NCBI GenBank assembly: GCA_965649225.1
Contig: CBFGJX010000003.1
Location: forward strand, 32,001 to 96,000
From: a candidate division WOR-3 bacterium
GTDB taxonomy: Bacteria; Hydrothermota; Tepidihabitantia; Tepidihabitantales; Tepidihabitantaceae
Length of the DNA stretch: 64,000 bases
Reading direction: 5' to 3'
Part shown: piece after piece, positions 28,566 to 38,434 of the stretch
How the letters are laid out: each line of letters starts with the position of its first letter
How positions within the stretch are numbered: the stretch's first letter is position 1
Made by a program: the position numbers and the translations under genes
Notes under the pieces: model-generated
Databases searched by the model: none
Seen by the model: the letters and a program-made list of their open reading frames with translations, nothing else
What the model was told of the DNA's origin: nothing

Positions 28566-30337
28566 CTTCCGGTCCTCGTCGTCGCTGCCAGCACGGTTGG
28601 GTTCTTTGCTCCCACCGGCCGCACCCCCCCCAGGGCTGCCCACACTTCGGTCTGCTGACGCATCCTTTCAAGCCGCAGCAGGTTCCAGCCGATTTCCCGA
28701 AACACCGGTCCAGCCACCGTACTGGCAAACCGGTCGGTTTTCGGCTCATCAACCATCACCGCGATGCAGTAGCGCGGGGCCTCCTTGGGCAGGAATCCGA
28801 CAAAGCTCATCCGTGACCGGGTATTGGAATAACCGCCCCCCGGTTCGGTTTTTTGTGCGGTACCGGTCTTGCCGCAGACTGTCACTCCCGGCACCGCCGC
28901 CGGTGTACCGGTCCCCTCGGTTACTACCTTCTCCATGATGTCCTTCAGCCGCCGGGCAGTCTCAGGGCGCAGCGCCCGACGCACCCGAACCGGGCGATTG
29001 CGCTGAATCACCCGGCCGCTCTGGCAAACCGAATCAATCAGATACGGCCGCCAGAACTCACCGTCACTGGCAACACAGTTGTATGCGGCGCAAAGCTGAA
29101 GCAGAGTCGTGGTCAGACCCTGACCGAAGGCAATATTGGCAAAACGCAGCGTTCCCAGACGCTCCGGCCGGTCCAGTGTCCCCGACCGCTCGTCGGGCAG
29201 ACCTACGCCCAGAGCGCTGCCAAACCCAAGTGCGCGCGCAATTTGATAATACTGCTCCGGGTCAAGTTGCATCGACAGCATCGCACAGCCGGGATTCGAC
29301 GACATCACCATCAGTCCGTCGAAGTCCAGCACTCCGTGATTGTGCGCATCCCGGATTTTGTACTTGCCGATGGTAATAAAACCGCTGGAGACATCATAAC
29401 GTCGGGCGACCAGCTCAGCGGCATTGGGACTTTCCAGTGCCGTGGCCATCACCACCAGCTTGAAAACTGAACCAGGTTCAAAGACGTCGCTGACGGCAGT
29501 ACAGCGGTGCCGTTCACGTTCCGCCGTCGTCGCCGCAGCCGGGTCGTAGGTCGGCCACTCGGCAACAGCCAGGATTCTGCCACTGCCGGGTTCCATCACT
29601 ACCGCCGCGCCCTTCAGGGCACCGGTCGCACGCACCCGTTCTGCCAGTGCCTGCTGGCAGATTGCCTGAATGTCAATGTCAAGTGTCAAATACAGGTCTG
29701 CTCCTGGAACCGGCTCGACCGTCGGATAACTCGGGTAAGGATGACTGTAACCCAGGGCATCCTTCTGCAGCAACCGCCAGCCCGGCCGACCACGCAGAAT
29801 CGAATCGAACTGATACTCCAACCCGGCCAGACCGCATTCTTCGCCGAGGAAGCCGGTGACAGTTGCACAACTTGCTCCGAAAGGATAAATCCGGCGACGA
29901 TCGTCATCGACCAGCGTGCAGTTACTGTAGCCACGGCGGGTAACCACCCGGCGCAGCGAATCGGCCAGTTGCACCGGCACGTTGCGCCGGAACCAGAAAT
30001 GGCGCTTCCGTCGCATCAGCTCGGCGCGGATTGTCCGCCGTTCGGCAAAGCCGAATCCAGCCAGAATCGCCGCCAGCGTATCCTTGTCCTTCGCATACTG
30101 GGGCAGAATCCGAATTGAACTCACCGAACGGTTGGTCGCCAGCGGCCGGCCCAAACGGTCAAACATTCGCCCCCGCGGTGCCGGCAAAGATACCCTGACA
30201 CCGTGCTGGACTTCGGCCTGGTGGCGGTGATGGCTTCCGCGGACAAGCTGATGCCAGGCCACCACCCCGAACAGGACGAGCCAGCAGAACAGCAGAACGC
30301 TCACTGCCAGTCGGAATCGACCACCTTCAGACCTCAA
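28562..30337 (-). CDS. ftsI: Penicillin-binding protein 3 (FtsI)
   Basis: RGRMFDR, GLEYQFD, EPGSVFK (SxxK), SSN, GKTGTAQK. Confidence 0.93.
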   Translation of the reverse strand: MRSEGGRFRLAVSVLLFCWLVLFGVVAWHQLVRGSHHRHQAEVQHGVRVSLPAPRGRMFDRLGRPLATNRSVSSIRILPQYAKDKDTLAAILAGFGFAERRTIRAELMRRKRHFWFRRNVPVQLADSLRRVVTRRGYSNCTLVDDDRRRIYPFGASCATVTGFLGEECGLAGLEYQFDSILRGRPGWRLLQKDALGYSHPYPSYPTVEPVPGADLYLTLDIDIQAICQQALAERVRATGALKGAAVVMEPGSGRILAVAEWPTYDPAAATTAERERHRCTAVSDVFEPGSVFKLVVMATALESPNAAELVARRYDVSSGFITIGKYKIRDAHNHGVLDFDGLMVMSSNPGCAMLSMQLDPEQYYQIARALGFGSALGVGLPDERSGTLDRPERLGTLRFANIAFGQGLTTTLLQLCAAYNCVASDGEFWRPYLIDSVCQSGRVIQRNRPVRVRRALRPETARRLKDIMEKVVTEGTGTPAAVPGVTVCGKTGTAQKTEPGGGYSNTRSRMSFVGFLPKEAPRYCIAVMVDEPKTDRFASTVAGPVFREIGWNLLRLERMRQQTEVWAALGGVRPVGAKNPTVLAATTRTGR

Positions 30338-30681
30338 TTGCCTGCCCCCGCCGCTGCGATTTCGGAACCGCGCCTGTTCCCCGGCTGCGGTGTCGGTTGC
30401 ATCGACTCGCCACCCGCCATCTCTGCCCGGGCAACTGCCGGCGAACTGGCACCAGCCGGCAGCCGCATTGCCGCAGCATAGAACGAATCCAGCCGACAGA
30501 AACCTGTCAGCCGGGCGATATCGATCTCAATGCTGTCCAGCTCCTCTTCTGCCAGCACGATGGTTCGCTCCAGCTCGTCAAGCCGCTGTGTCAGTTTCAG
30601 ACTCAGACTGTGCTGGCGCACATAAAGCACGCCCAGTACTGCCAGAAGAAACACGACCAACAGCACCCGTGCACACCTCAC
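30334..30681 (-). CDS. ftsL: FtsL-like cell division protein
   Basis: Single TM followed by a leucine-rich coiled coil, located between rsmH and ftsI. Confidence 0.65.
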   Translation of the reverse strand: MRCARVLLVVFLLAVLGVLYVRQHSLSLKLTQRLDELERTIVLAEEELDSIEIDIARLTGFCRLDSFYAAAMRLPAGASSPAVARAEMAGGESMQPTPQPGNRRGSEIAAAGAGN

Positions 30682-31580
30682 TGCCCGCTCCTGATTATCT
30701 CCACTGCCCGCAGCCGCGCACTCCGCGCCCGCGGATTCCGTGCCAATTCACTTTCACTGGGTCGCAACGGTTTTGGCGTCAGCACAACGGCCTGGCCGGC
30801 CTGCGCTGCCGCCCGAAAACTGCGCTTCACCAACCGGTCCTCGAGCGAATGGTAGGCGATTACCACCATCCGCCCCCCCGGCGCAACCAGTTCCAGCCCC
30901 ACCCTCAGTCCTTCTGCTACCCGCTCCAGCTCCCGATTAACCGCAATCCTGACCGCCTGAAAAACCCGGGCCAGAGTCGCACGCTCACGGCGTCTGGGCA
31001 CCGCCCGTCTCACCGCTGCCGCCAGGTCGGCCGTCGTTCTGAGCCCCTGGCGCAGCGCTGTCACGCTGCGTGCTATCCTGCCGCTCATCGGTTCCTCACC
31101 CCAGCGTCGCAACAATTCACACAGCTGTTTCTCTGACATTCGCCGCAATAAATCGGCAGCTGTCTGCCCCTGGCTCTGATCGAAACGCATGTCCAGAGGT
31201 CCGGCCACATCAAAGCCGAATCCCCGCGCCGGGCTCTTGAGCTGATACAGCGACACACCCAGATCGAGCAGTACGCCGCTCACCGGCAGAAGTCCCAATT
31301 GACGGGCAAGCAGGCCCATCCGGCAATAGTCAGAATGTACCAATTCCACGTTGTCAAAGCTCTCAAGTTGCCTGCGGGCGGCAGCGATTGCCTCGCCGTC
31401 CGCGTCAATTCCTAACAGCCGAATCGGGCCGGTTGCACGCTCGAGAATGACACGGGCATGACCACCGCCCCCGACCGTGCCGTCGACAATCGTCCCGCTC
31501 TGCGGCTGCAAAAACAGCGCGACCTCATCCGCCATCACCGGCTGGTGAAACATTCCCTGTTCCGGGTCGGGCGTCACCAT
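30678..31580 (-). CDS. rsmH: 16S rRNA m4C1402 methyltransferase
   Basis: HQPVM, DGTVGGGGH, DLGVS, PLDMR, FQAVRIAVN, YHSLEDR, NPRARSARLR. Confidence 0.96.
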   Translation of the reverse strand: MVTPDPEQGMFHQPVMADEVALFLQPQSGTIVDGTVGGGGHARVILERATGPIRLLGIDADGEAIAAARRQLESFDNVELVHSDYCRMGLLARQLGLLPVSGVLLDLGVSLYQLKSPARGFGFDVAGPLDMRFDQSQGQTAADLLRRMSEKQLCELLRRWGEEPMSGRIARSVTALRQGLRTTADLAAAVRRAVPRRRERATLARVFQAVRIAVNRELERVAEGLRVGLELVAPGGRMVVIAYHSLEDRLVKRSFRAAAQAGQAVVLTPKPLRPSESELARNPRARSARLRAVEIIRSGQ

Positions 31581-32067
31581 TTTTATCTGCTCGCTCCGTG
31601 CCCCGTCTCAGCCGGTCCAGCTCCACCAGGTCTTTGTCATAGTTCTCCTCAGCGCCACCCGAATACTCGCGGTAGCGCGCCGGATCCCAAAGCTCGATGA
31701 AAGAACCGACACCGCGTATCACCGTCGCCGAACTGATGCCCGCAATCTCACGCAGCACCTGAGGAATCAACACCCGGCCCTGCTCATCCATCTCGACTTC
31801 CCAGGCATTACCCAGTTTTGTGCGGCGCAACCGCCGTGCCTGAGGGTCGTAAAGCGACAGTTCTCCCAGCGTCTCGCGCACATGAGCCACCCAGGCATCA
31901 CGACTGTATAATTCGATACAACGGTCCGGCCCGCGTGCCAGCACCAGCCCGTGCGCAGCAACCGACTGCAGCTTTCGCCGAAAAGCATTCGGCACCGCCA
32001 CACGCCCTTTCGCATCAACAGCATGCTCAAAAGTGCCGATGAAATTGAAATCAGTGAAATCTACCAC
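31525..32067 (-). CDS. mraZ: Transcriptional regulator MraZ
   Basis: DAKGRVAVP and DEQGRVLIP repeats; first gene of the dcw cluster. Confidence 0.93.
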   Translation of the reverse strand: MVDFTDFNFIGTFEHAVDAKGRVAVPNAFRRKLQSVAAHGLVLARGPDRCIELYSRDAWVAHVRETLGELSLYDPQARRLRRTKLGNAWEVEMDEQGRVLIPQVLREIAGISSATVIRGVGSFIELWDPARYREYSGGAEENYDKDLVELDRLRRGTERADKNGDARPGTGNVSPAGDGG

Positions 32068-32121
32068 TTTTCACCACTCTGAACCACTCCGGCAGTCTAG
32101 TCCGACTCCACTGAATGTCAA
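32063..32121 (-). promoter_or_regulatory. dcw promoter with MraZ operator repeats
   Basis: TTGACA-16-TAGACT followed by AGTGGT three times at a 10-bp period (accact at 32063, 32073, 32083) plus AGTGGA in the spacer. Confidence 0.75.
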
Positions 32122-32346
32122 GTACTTGCGATTACTTATGATACTATTTTACAAGTGATTGAAAAAATTTATTTTAACAGGGACTCAGACCAGTGATGCC
32201 TCCCGGCGCGGAACCGCTTCCTCCAAAGGCTCGCTGACTGTTCAGCCCGAGAAATCGCCGCAGGTGGTGCTGTCCCGCTCTCATTTTCTCTGCCAGTGGG
32301 TTCAGTTCGGGTTGTCAGTCGGTCGTCTCTGTGCTAAGATTGAAAA

Positions 32347-33591
32347 TTGAGACAGCCATCTGAATCTGCCGACAGGTCAACAACGCGGCCCGCCACTTTT
32401 GCCGCCTTTCGCCACCGCAACTATCGAATCTACTGGTTCGGCGCCCTGGTTTCGCTGATCGGCACCTGGATGCAGAATATCGCCTCGGGCTGGCTGGTAC
32501 TACAACTCACCAACTCCCCGTTCTATGTCGGCCTCAATTCCACCGTTGCCTGGCTGCCGGCGTGGGTAGTCTCACTGCCGGCCGGTGTGCTTGCCGACCA
32601 TTTCAACAAACGCAATCTGATGATTCTGACCCAGTCCGTCCTCGCCCTGCTGGCGCTGGTTCTTGCAAGCCTCACCTGGACCGGCGCGGTGACAATCGTC
32701 CACATCCTCGTCATTGCCGGTATCAGCGGTGTTGTCGTCTCAATAAACTCCCCGGTTGTCCAATCGCTTGTACCGGAGCTTGTCGACCGGCGCGATGTTC
32801 TCAATGCCATCGCGTTGAACTCAACCATGTTCAATGCCGCGCGCATCATCGGCCCGTCGATTGCCGGGGTCATGCTGGGTGTAATCGGACCGGGCGGCTG
32901 CTTCGGACTCAACAGCGCCAGCTTCCTTGCAATCATCATTGCGCTTGCCTTCATCCGTCTCAAGAACAAGACACCGCCGCGAACCGAGGAATCGCTCTGG
33001 CGCCGGATGACCGCCGGCCTTACCGTTGTCCGCCGCAATCCCGACATTCGGCTGCTGGTTCTGCTGGTCGGCGTCTTCAGCTCGGTAGGCATCCTTTACC
33101 TGCCGCTGATGCCGGTTCTGGCCCGCGACGTTCTGCACGCCGGTGCCCGCGGCTACGGACTGATGATGACCGCCGTTGGCATTGGTGCGGTCATCGGCAG
33201 TCTTACTCTCGCCTCTTTCAGTCGCACCGCCCGCCGCGGAATGCTGCTGACAATCGGCACGGTTGCGCTGGGCGTACTGGAGCTGGCGATTTCGGCAGTG
33301 CGTTCGCTGCCGCTGGCGCTGATTGTGCTTGTACTGGTCGGCTTCTGCCAGACCTCAATCGCCTCACTGGCCAACACGCTGATCCAAACTCTCGCCCCTG
33401 ACGCTGCCCGCGGCCGGGTCATGAGTGTCTACACTCTGGCATTCAACGGCATGTTCCCGCTCGGCAGCCTCGCCGCTGGCGCTGTCGCCCAGAAAGCCGG
33501 TGCACCCGCCGCAGTACTCATCGGCGGATGCACCGTACTGCTGTCCATCGGACTGGTGACGTTGCTGCGTCCCCAGCTCCGGCGGCTTTAA
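32347..33591 (+). CDS. MFS transporter
   Basis: FAAFRHRNYR, SLIGTWMQ, AGVLADH, NAIALNS..FNAARIIGPSIAG, RGRVMS. Confidence 0.9.
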   Translation: MRQPSESADRSTTRPATFAAFRHRNYRIYWFGALVSLIGTWMQNIASGWLVLQLTNSPFYVGLNSTVAWLPAWVVSLPAGVLADHFNKRNLMILTQSVLALLALVLASLTWTGAVTIVHILVIAGISGVVVSINSPVVQSLVPELVDRRDVLNAIALNSTMFNAARIIGPSIAGVMLGVIGPGGCFGLNSASFLAIIIALAFIRLKNKTPPRTEESLWRRMTAGLTVVRRNPDIRLLVLLVGVFSSVGILYLPLMPVLARDVLHAGARGYGLMMTAVGIGAVIGSLTLASFSRTARRGMLLTIGTVALGVLELAISAVRSLPLALIVLVLVGFCQTSIASLANTLIQTLAPDAARGRVMSVYTLAFNGMFPLGSLAAGAVAQKAGAPAAVLIGGCTVLLSIGLVTLLRPQLRRL

Positions 33592-34352
33592 TTCAAACCA
33601 ACAATCTGATAACCGTGCCAGCGGCCTTCAGCCCCGTCGGTCGAGCCGTCGGCATCCTCTGCTACCCACAACATGCCGTTACACCACGAAAGCGACAGCG
33701 GGAAACCTTTCACCGGCAACCTCACCGTCGCCACATAGCCGCCATTGTGTGTCAGGATATCAACAGCAGTTTCATCCTGCCAGACAAACAGATACTTGTC
33801 CGAAGCCGCTATCGAAGTGGAATACAGTGCGTCGTCGCAGTAGCGTTCTAGCCGGAATGCCTTTCGCAACTCGCCCATCTCGTCATAGACGTAAACCATG
33901 CTGTCAACCTGCTCAAACATCCGCTGGCCCTTGAGGGCAAAACCGATTGACGACTGCTCGTTCTGAAAAACCTCTTCCAGCTCTTCGTCGGCATCCTCGT
34001 CTTCAAGGTTCACGTCGTAAAGCGTCGTACTGAAATCCTTGACGTAAAGTCGCATCAGGTCTGGACGGTACCAGATTGTCCGTCCATCAAGGTCAACATC
34101 GTAGCTCTCAACCAGCTCCCCGTCATTGGTGTATTTGTTTATCTGACAGTAATCGTCATTACCGCCGTTAAGCGTATAGTAGTTGGTACCGTCGAAAGTT
34201 ATGCCGACATTGTGGAAAAAGACGAAATCAGCAAAGTCTATCCGCTCCACCAGCTCAATCCGACTGGGTTTTCGCGGCCCGCAGGTCGCGCGCACAAACA
34301 CCACCAGAGCCAGACCGGTCAGGACCAGTGTTACTGCCTGTCTTTTATTCAA
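33588..34352 (-). CDS. Hypothetical exported, acidic beta-rich protein
   Basis: GAGGAGG SD, TTG start, N-terminal signal/anchor, propeller-like strands (GITFDGTNYY, SLSWCNGMLWVA). Confidence 0.7.
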   Translation of the reverse strand: MNKRQAVTLVLTGLALVVFVRATCGPRKPSRIELVERIDFADFVFFHNVGITFDGTNYYTLNGGNDDYCQINKYTNDGELVESYDVDLDGRTIWYRPDLMRLYVKDFSTTLYDVNLEDEDADEELEEVFQNEQSSIGFALKGQRMFEQVDSMVYVYDEMGELRKAFRLERYCDDALYSTSIAASDKYLFVWQDETAVDILTHNGGYVATVRLPVKGFPLSLSWCNGMLWVAEDADGSTDGAEGRWHGYQIVGLN

Positions 34353-34614
34353 TCAGACCTCCTCATGTTTTCGCGATTACCGTTTCTGACCTCGGCCAGG
34401 TCGGTTTCCTGCCGGCCGGTCAAGGACTTATCTGTTTTGCCGGTCGGTTACCGGACGGTTTCCCCCGCGGCCGCTTCAACTCCCGGCAGTACCGCCATTG
34501 CTGCCCGAACTAGCGGCCGCCAGTGGCCTTGCCGGGCCAACCAGGCAAATCTGACTGACCACTGACCCGTTCTTCCGACGTTGACCACACACAATCGGAG
34601 GAGTCACACTGCAA

Positions 34615-35265
34615 CTACCGAAACTGCCGCACGATGCGCCGGGCCCGCTCCAGTTGTTCACGATAGCCTTCGCCTCCGAGTGCACCCGCGGCATCCTCGT
34701 CGATTCCGCGTTCTGATTCTGCCAGTCGTGCCACCGCTTCCAGCCCCCGCCGTTCCCCAATCTGACGAAGGGCAAAAACCGCACTGCGCCGAACCGCCGG
34801 CTCCGAGTCTGAAAGCAGCCGAATCAGGACGTCAACCGCATTGGCAGAGCCAATGCGACCGAGCGCACTGGCGGCACCAGCCCGTACCTCCGGACGGCCA
34901 GAACGCAACAGCCTGACCAGCGGCTCTACCGCCGCCGTGCCCAGAGCCACAAGTGACTTCTGAACCACTTTGGCGGTCTTCTCGTCACTTTCGCTGCCAT
35001 AGAGCTCGGCCAGCGGCCCGGCTGCGCGCTCATCACCCAGCAAGCCCAGTCCCCGCGCCGCCGCCGACCTCACCTCGGCAACACTGTCCCGCAGCAGTCC
35101 CAGTATCAGCGGCAGGGCAACCGTGTCTCGCTCGCTGACGAGTCGATCAATTGCCGCAATTCTCTGTCTGGGATCGGGATGATTCAGCTGCTTGCGTAAA
35201 CGGGCGAGGTCGGGTCCGCAGAACAGCAGCAGCAACAGACTGCCGGTAGTCAGGATTCTACCCAC
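34615..35265 (-). CDS. HEAT-repeat (PBS lyase-like) lipoprotein
   Basis: Hydrophobic leader ending in Cys, repeated VR.AAA.ALG units, promoter TTGACC-16-TAGAAT-8-GTG. Confidence 0.82.
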   Translation of the reverse strand: MGRILTTGSLLLLLFCGPDLARLRKQLNHPDPRQRIAAIDRLVSERDTVALPLILGLLRDSVAEVRSAAARGLGLLGDERAAGPLAELYGSESDEKTAKVVQKSLVALGTAAVEPLVRLLRSGRPEVRAGAASALGRIGSANAVDVLIRLLSDSEPAVRRSAVFALRQIGERRGLEAVARLAESERGIDEDAAGALGGEGYREQLERARRIVRQFR

Positions 35266-35360
35266 GCTTCAGTATTCTAACCGGTTTCGGCCGCTGGTCA
35301 AAGCCGGCGGTTCGCTGCGACGGCTTGACCCCGGTTGCTCACCGTCTATGCTGACCCGTC

Positions 35361-36503
35361 GTGTTCAATGTCATCGTCACCGGCATCGCCAGCCTGCTTA
35401 CCGACCTCTCGACCGAGATGGTCTATCCGCTTGTACCACTCTTCCTTGCCAGCTTTGGTGCACCACCGTCAATTCTCGGCATCATCGAAGGCACCGCCGA
35501 AAGCACCGCCGCCCTGCTGCGGGTATTCTCAGGCCGGCTTTCGGACCGCCTGCGCCGCCGCAAACCGGTCCTGATTGCCGGCTACGTTGGCTCGACCCTC
35601 GGCAAATTGATGTTGTATCTGGCAACATCCTGGCCGGTTGTTTTCGCCGGCCGACTGACCGACCGCATCGGCAAGGGCATCCGGGTAGCGCCGCGCGATG
35701 CGCTGCTCGCTGACAGCTCGGCCCCGAATCAGCGCAACGCTACCTACGGTCTGCACCGCACCCTCGACACACTGGGCGCGGCCGCAGGTGTGGTGGTGGC
35801 AATCTGGCTCGTTTCGCGCCTCGGCGGAACACTCCAGCGCCATGACTACCAGCGACTTTTTCTGTTCTCGCTGCTACCGGCTGCGCTGGGTGCAGCGGTA
35901 CTTCTGCTCGTACGCGAACCGCGCCCCAGTCGCCGAGAAGAATCCGCTCCCCGCCTGACGCTGCGCGCTCTGCCCGTCCGTCTGCGCTGGTTTCTGCTTA
36001 TCGCCGGAATCTTTGCCCTCGGCAACTCCTCGAACCAGTTCCTCATCCTGCGCGCCCGCAACCTCGGACTCTCGGTGACAGCGGTACTCGGCACCTACCT
36101 GCTTTACAACGTCGTCTACGGCACACTGGCCTGGCCGCTGGGCAAACTGGCCGACCGGATCGGTCGCAAGCGCCTGCTGGTTACCGGCTACATCCTCTAC
36201 GGTCTGGTCTATCTGGGTTTTGCCCTCGCCCGAAGCGGCTGGGCTGTCTGGCCACTCTTCGGTATCTATGGTATTTACAGCGCACTCACCGAAGGCCTGG
36301 AAAAGGCCCTGGTCGCCGATCTGGCACCAGTTGAGCACCGTGCAACTTTCATCGGGCTCCACACCACTCTTGTCGGCATCGGTCTGCTGCCCGCCTCCGT
36401 TCTCGCCGGCTTGCTCTACAGTCTCGGCGGGCCCAGTCTGCCCTTCCTGTTCGGCGGCGCGCTTGGGCTTGTGGCGGCAATCGCACTGACGCTGGCACTC
36501 TGA
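35361..36503 (+). CDS. MFS transporter
   Basis: DLSTEM, SGRLSDR, DRIGKGIR.APRDAL, GKLADRIGRK. Confidence 0.9.
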   Translation: MFNVIVTGIASLLTDLSTEMVYPLVPLFLASFGAPPSILGIIEGTAESTAALLRVFSGRLSDRLRRRKPVLIAGYVGSTLGKLMLYLATSWPVVFAGRLTDRIGKGIRVAPRDALLADSSAPNQRNATYGLHRTLDTLGAAAGVVVAIWLVSRLGGTLQRHDYQRLFLFSLLPAALGAAVLLLVREPRPSRREESAPRLTLRALPVRLRWFLLIAGIFALGNSSNQFLILRARNLGLSVTAVLGTYLLYNVVYGTLAWPLGKLADRIGRKRLLVTGYILYGLVYLGFALARSGWAVWPLFGIYGIYSALTEGLEKALVADLAPVEHRATFIGLHTTLVGIGLLPASVLAGLLYSLGGPSLPFLFGGALGLVAAIALTLAL

Positions 36504-36680
36504 CCCTGCCCCTTGACATCCCGTCCCTGCCGCCGATAATGTTAGTGATGCCACCCCTGAGCCGGCTGGCCGTCTGACCCCGCCAAAACAACATGCGCAT
36601 TTAGCGCTGGTTATGACCTTGCCTAATTCCTTTGTTTCAATCGGCATTCTGTCAATCAGGACTGACTCCTCTTCACTCTG

Positions 36681-38423
36681 ATGCTGCTGTTTCGTCGATT
36701 CCGCATCCTTCGCACCGAGAAAGAGCTGCCGGCCTGGATCGACCATCTGAACCGCCTGACGCTGTGGCTCACAGCGCTGGCACTGGCACTGTTCGTCTGC
36801 CACCACGGCTACCGACTGATCTGGCATGGCTGGCTCCAATCGCTGGTCACACTGGTAAATGCTCTCGCACTCGGGCTCAACCTTGCCGATATCCTGTTGA
36901 ACCTGACCTGGGCCCCATCGCTTGGTCTGTTCTTACGCCGCCGCTGGTATGAAATCCTGTTCCTTGGGCTGATTGTTTTCTCATTCCTGGTCGGCCTGCC
37001 CGCCACCCTGCCGGCATTCCTGCGTCTGGTGATTGTCTCCTATCGCCGATTCAGCTCCTCAAACCGTTTCACCGGCGTCAGTGAATACCTCCGGGTACGA
37101 CCGGCCCGCACGCTGGCTTTGAGTTTCGCCGTCCTGATTGCGCTGGGAACCTTTTTGTTGACATTTCCAGCGGCAACAGTCGACGGTCGCGGCACACCGC
37201 TGCTGGATTCACTCTTCACTGCCACTTCCGCCGTCTGCGTCACCGGTCTCGTCGTTCGCGATACCGCGACCTACTTTTCCCGCTTCGGCCAATGGACAAT
37301 ACTGACTCTGCTCCAGCTGGGCGGACTGGGAATCATGACCTTCTCTGCCAGTATCATCGTGCTACTGCGCCGCCGGCTTGGCCCGGGCGAACGCAGCGCG
37401 CTTGCCGTCGGAGTCGAAGACCCGCGCGACATCGACATTACTGCTGCGGTGCGCTATGTCCTGCTGTTCACCCTGCTCGCCGAAGCGACCGGCACACTGA
37501 TCCTCTTTCTGCGCTGGGCCGGCAGTTTCTCCGGACCGCTGGAAGGACTGTTTCACGCTGTCTTTCACTCGATCTCGGCGTTCTGCAACGCCGGGTTCTC
37601 TACGTTTTCGGACAGCCTTGTCCGCTGGCAGGGCGATCTGATCGTCAATCTGGCAATCGGCGGACTTGTCGTCTTTGGCGGGCTCGGCTTCGGAGTAGTC
37701 CATGAACTGGTCAACCGGGAGATGCTGCATCGCCGTCCGACCCGGCTGCTGACTCACGTCTCCACCCACACCTGGCTGGTGCTGCGGACATCAGCCCTGC
37801 TGATAATTTTCGGCTCGCTGGCTTTCTTCTTCTTTGAATACGACGGTGTGCTCGTCAACCTGCCGCTGCGCAATCGGCTGCTTGCCGCACTGTTTCAGGC
37901 AATCACCCCGCGCACAGCCGGCTTCAACACTGTTCCGCTCGACACACTCCGGCCGGTCACCATGCTGCTGCTGGTCGGGCTGATGTTTGTTGGTGCCTCG
38001 CCCGGTGGTACCGGCGGCGGAATCAAAACCACCACTCTGGCTGTACTCTGGCTTGCACTGCGCAATCTTGCCGCTGGACGCACCGAGGTGGTAATCCGCG
38101 ATCGCACCATCGGTCGCGAAACGGTATATCGAGCCGCTGCAATCCTTGTGGCCGGGCTCGGACTCGTCACCTTCTTTCTCGCTATTCTGCTCGCTACCGA
38201 ACGTCTTCCCTTTTCGAATCTGCTCTTTGAGACGGTGTCGGCATTTGGCACGGTCGGGCTCTCCACCGGCATTACCCCTGCCTTGAGCCTGCCCGGTCGC
38301 CTCGCTATCATCGTACTGATGTACGTTGGTCGCCTGGGGCCGCTGACACTGGCCCTGACCATGACCGCCCGCCACGCCCGGCTGCCGATTTCATACCCCT
38401 CTGCCCGGGTGCTGGTCGGCTAA
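36681..38423 (+). CDS. ktrB: Ktr/Trk potassium uptake membrane subunit with an N-terminal extension
   Basis: Filter motifs TSAVCVTGL, SAFCNAGF, PRTAGF and SAFGTVGLS; GASPGGTGGGIKTTT; MYVGRLGP. Confidence 0.92.
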   Translation: MLLFRRFRILRTEKELPAWIDHLNRLTLWLTALALALFVCHHGYRLIWHGWLQSLVTLVNALALGLNLADILLNLTWAPSLGLFLRRRWYEILFLGLIVFSFLVGLPATLPAFLRLVIVSYRRFSSSNRFTGVSEYLRVRPARTLALSFAVLIALGTFLLTFPAATVDGRGTPLLDSLFTATSAVCVTGLVVRDTATYFSRFGQWTILTLLQLGGLGIMTFSASIIVLLRRRLGPGERSALAVGVEDPRDIDITAAVRYVLLFTLLAEATGTLILFLRWAGSFSGPLEGLFHAVFHSISAFCNAGFSTFSDSLVRWQGDLIVNLAIGGLVVFGGLGFGVVHELVNREMLHRRPTRLLTHVSTHTWLVLRTSALLIIFGSLAFFFFEYDGVLVNLPLRNRLLAALFQAITPRTAGFNTVPLDTLRPVTMLLLVGLMFVGASPGGTGGGIKTTTLAVLWLALRNLAAGRTEVVIRDRTIGRETVYRAAAILVAGLGLVTFFLAILLATERLPFSNLLFETVSAFGTVGLSTGITPALSLPGRLAIIVLMYVGRLGPLTLALTMTARHARLPISYPSARVLVG

Positions 38424-38434
38424 CAGGAGGAACT

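Noticed and set aside
32120..32350. AT-rich patch and 63-aa ORF upstream of mraZ
   Set aside because: Consistent with a divergent promoter region; no SD, motif or mobile-element ends.
34360..34610. Possible riboswitch (two GGAAACCG motifs on the minus strand)
   Set aside because: I could not match it to a c-di-GMP or other known consensus by eye; an Rfam scan would be needed.
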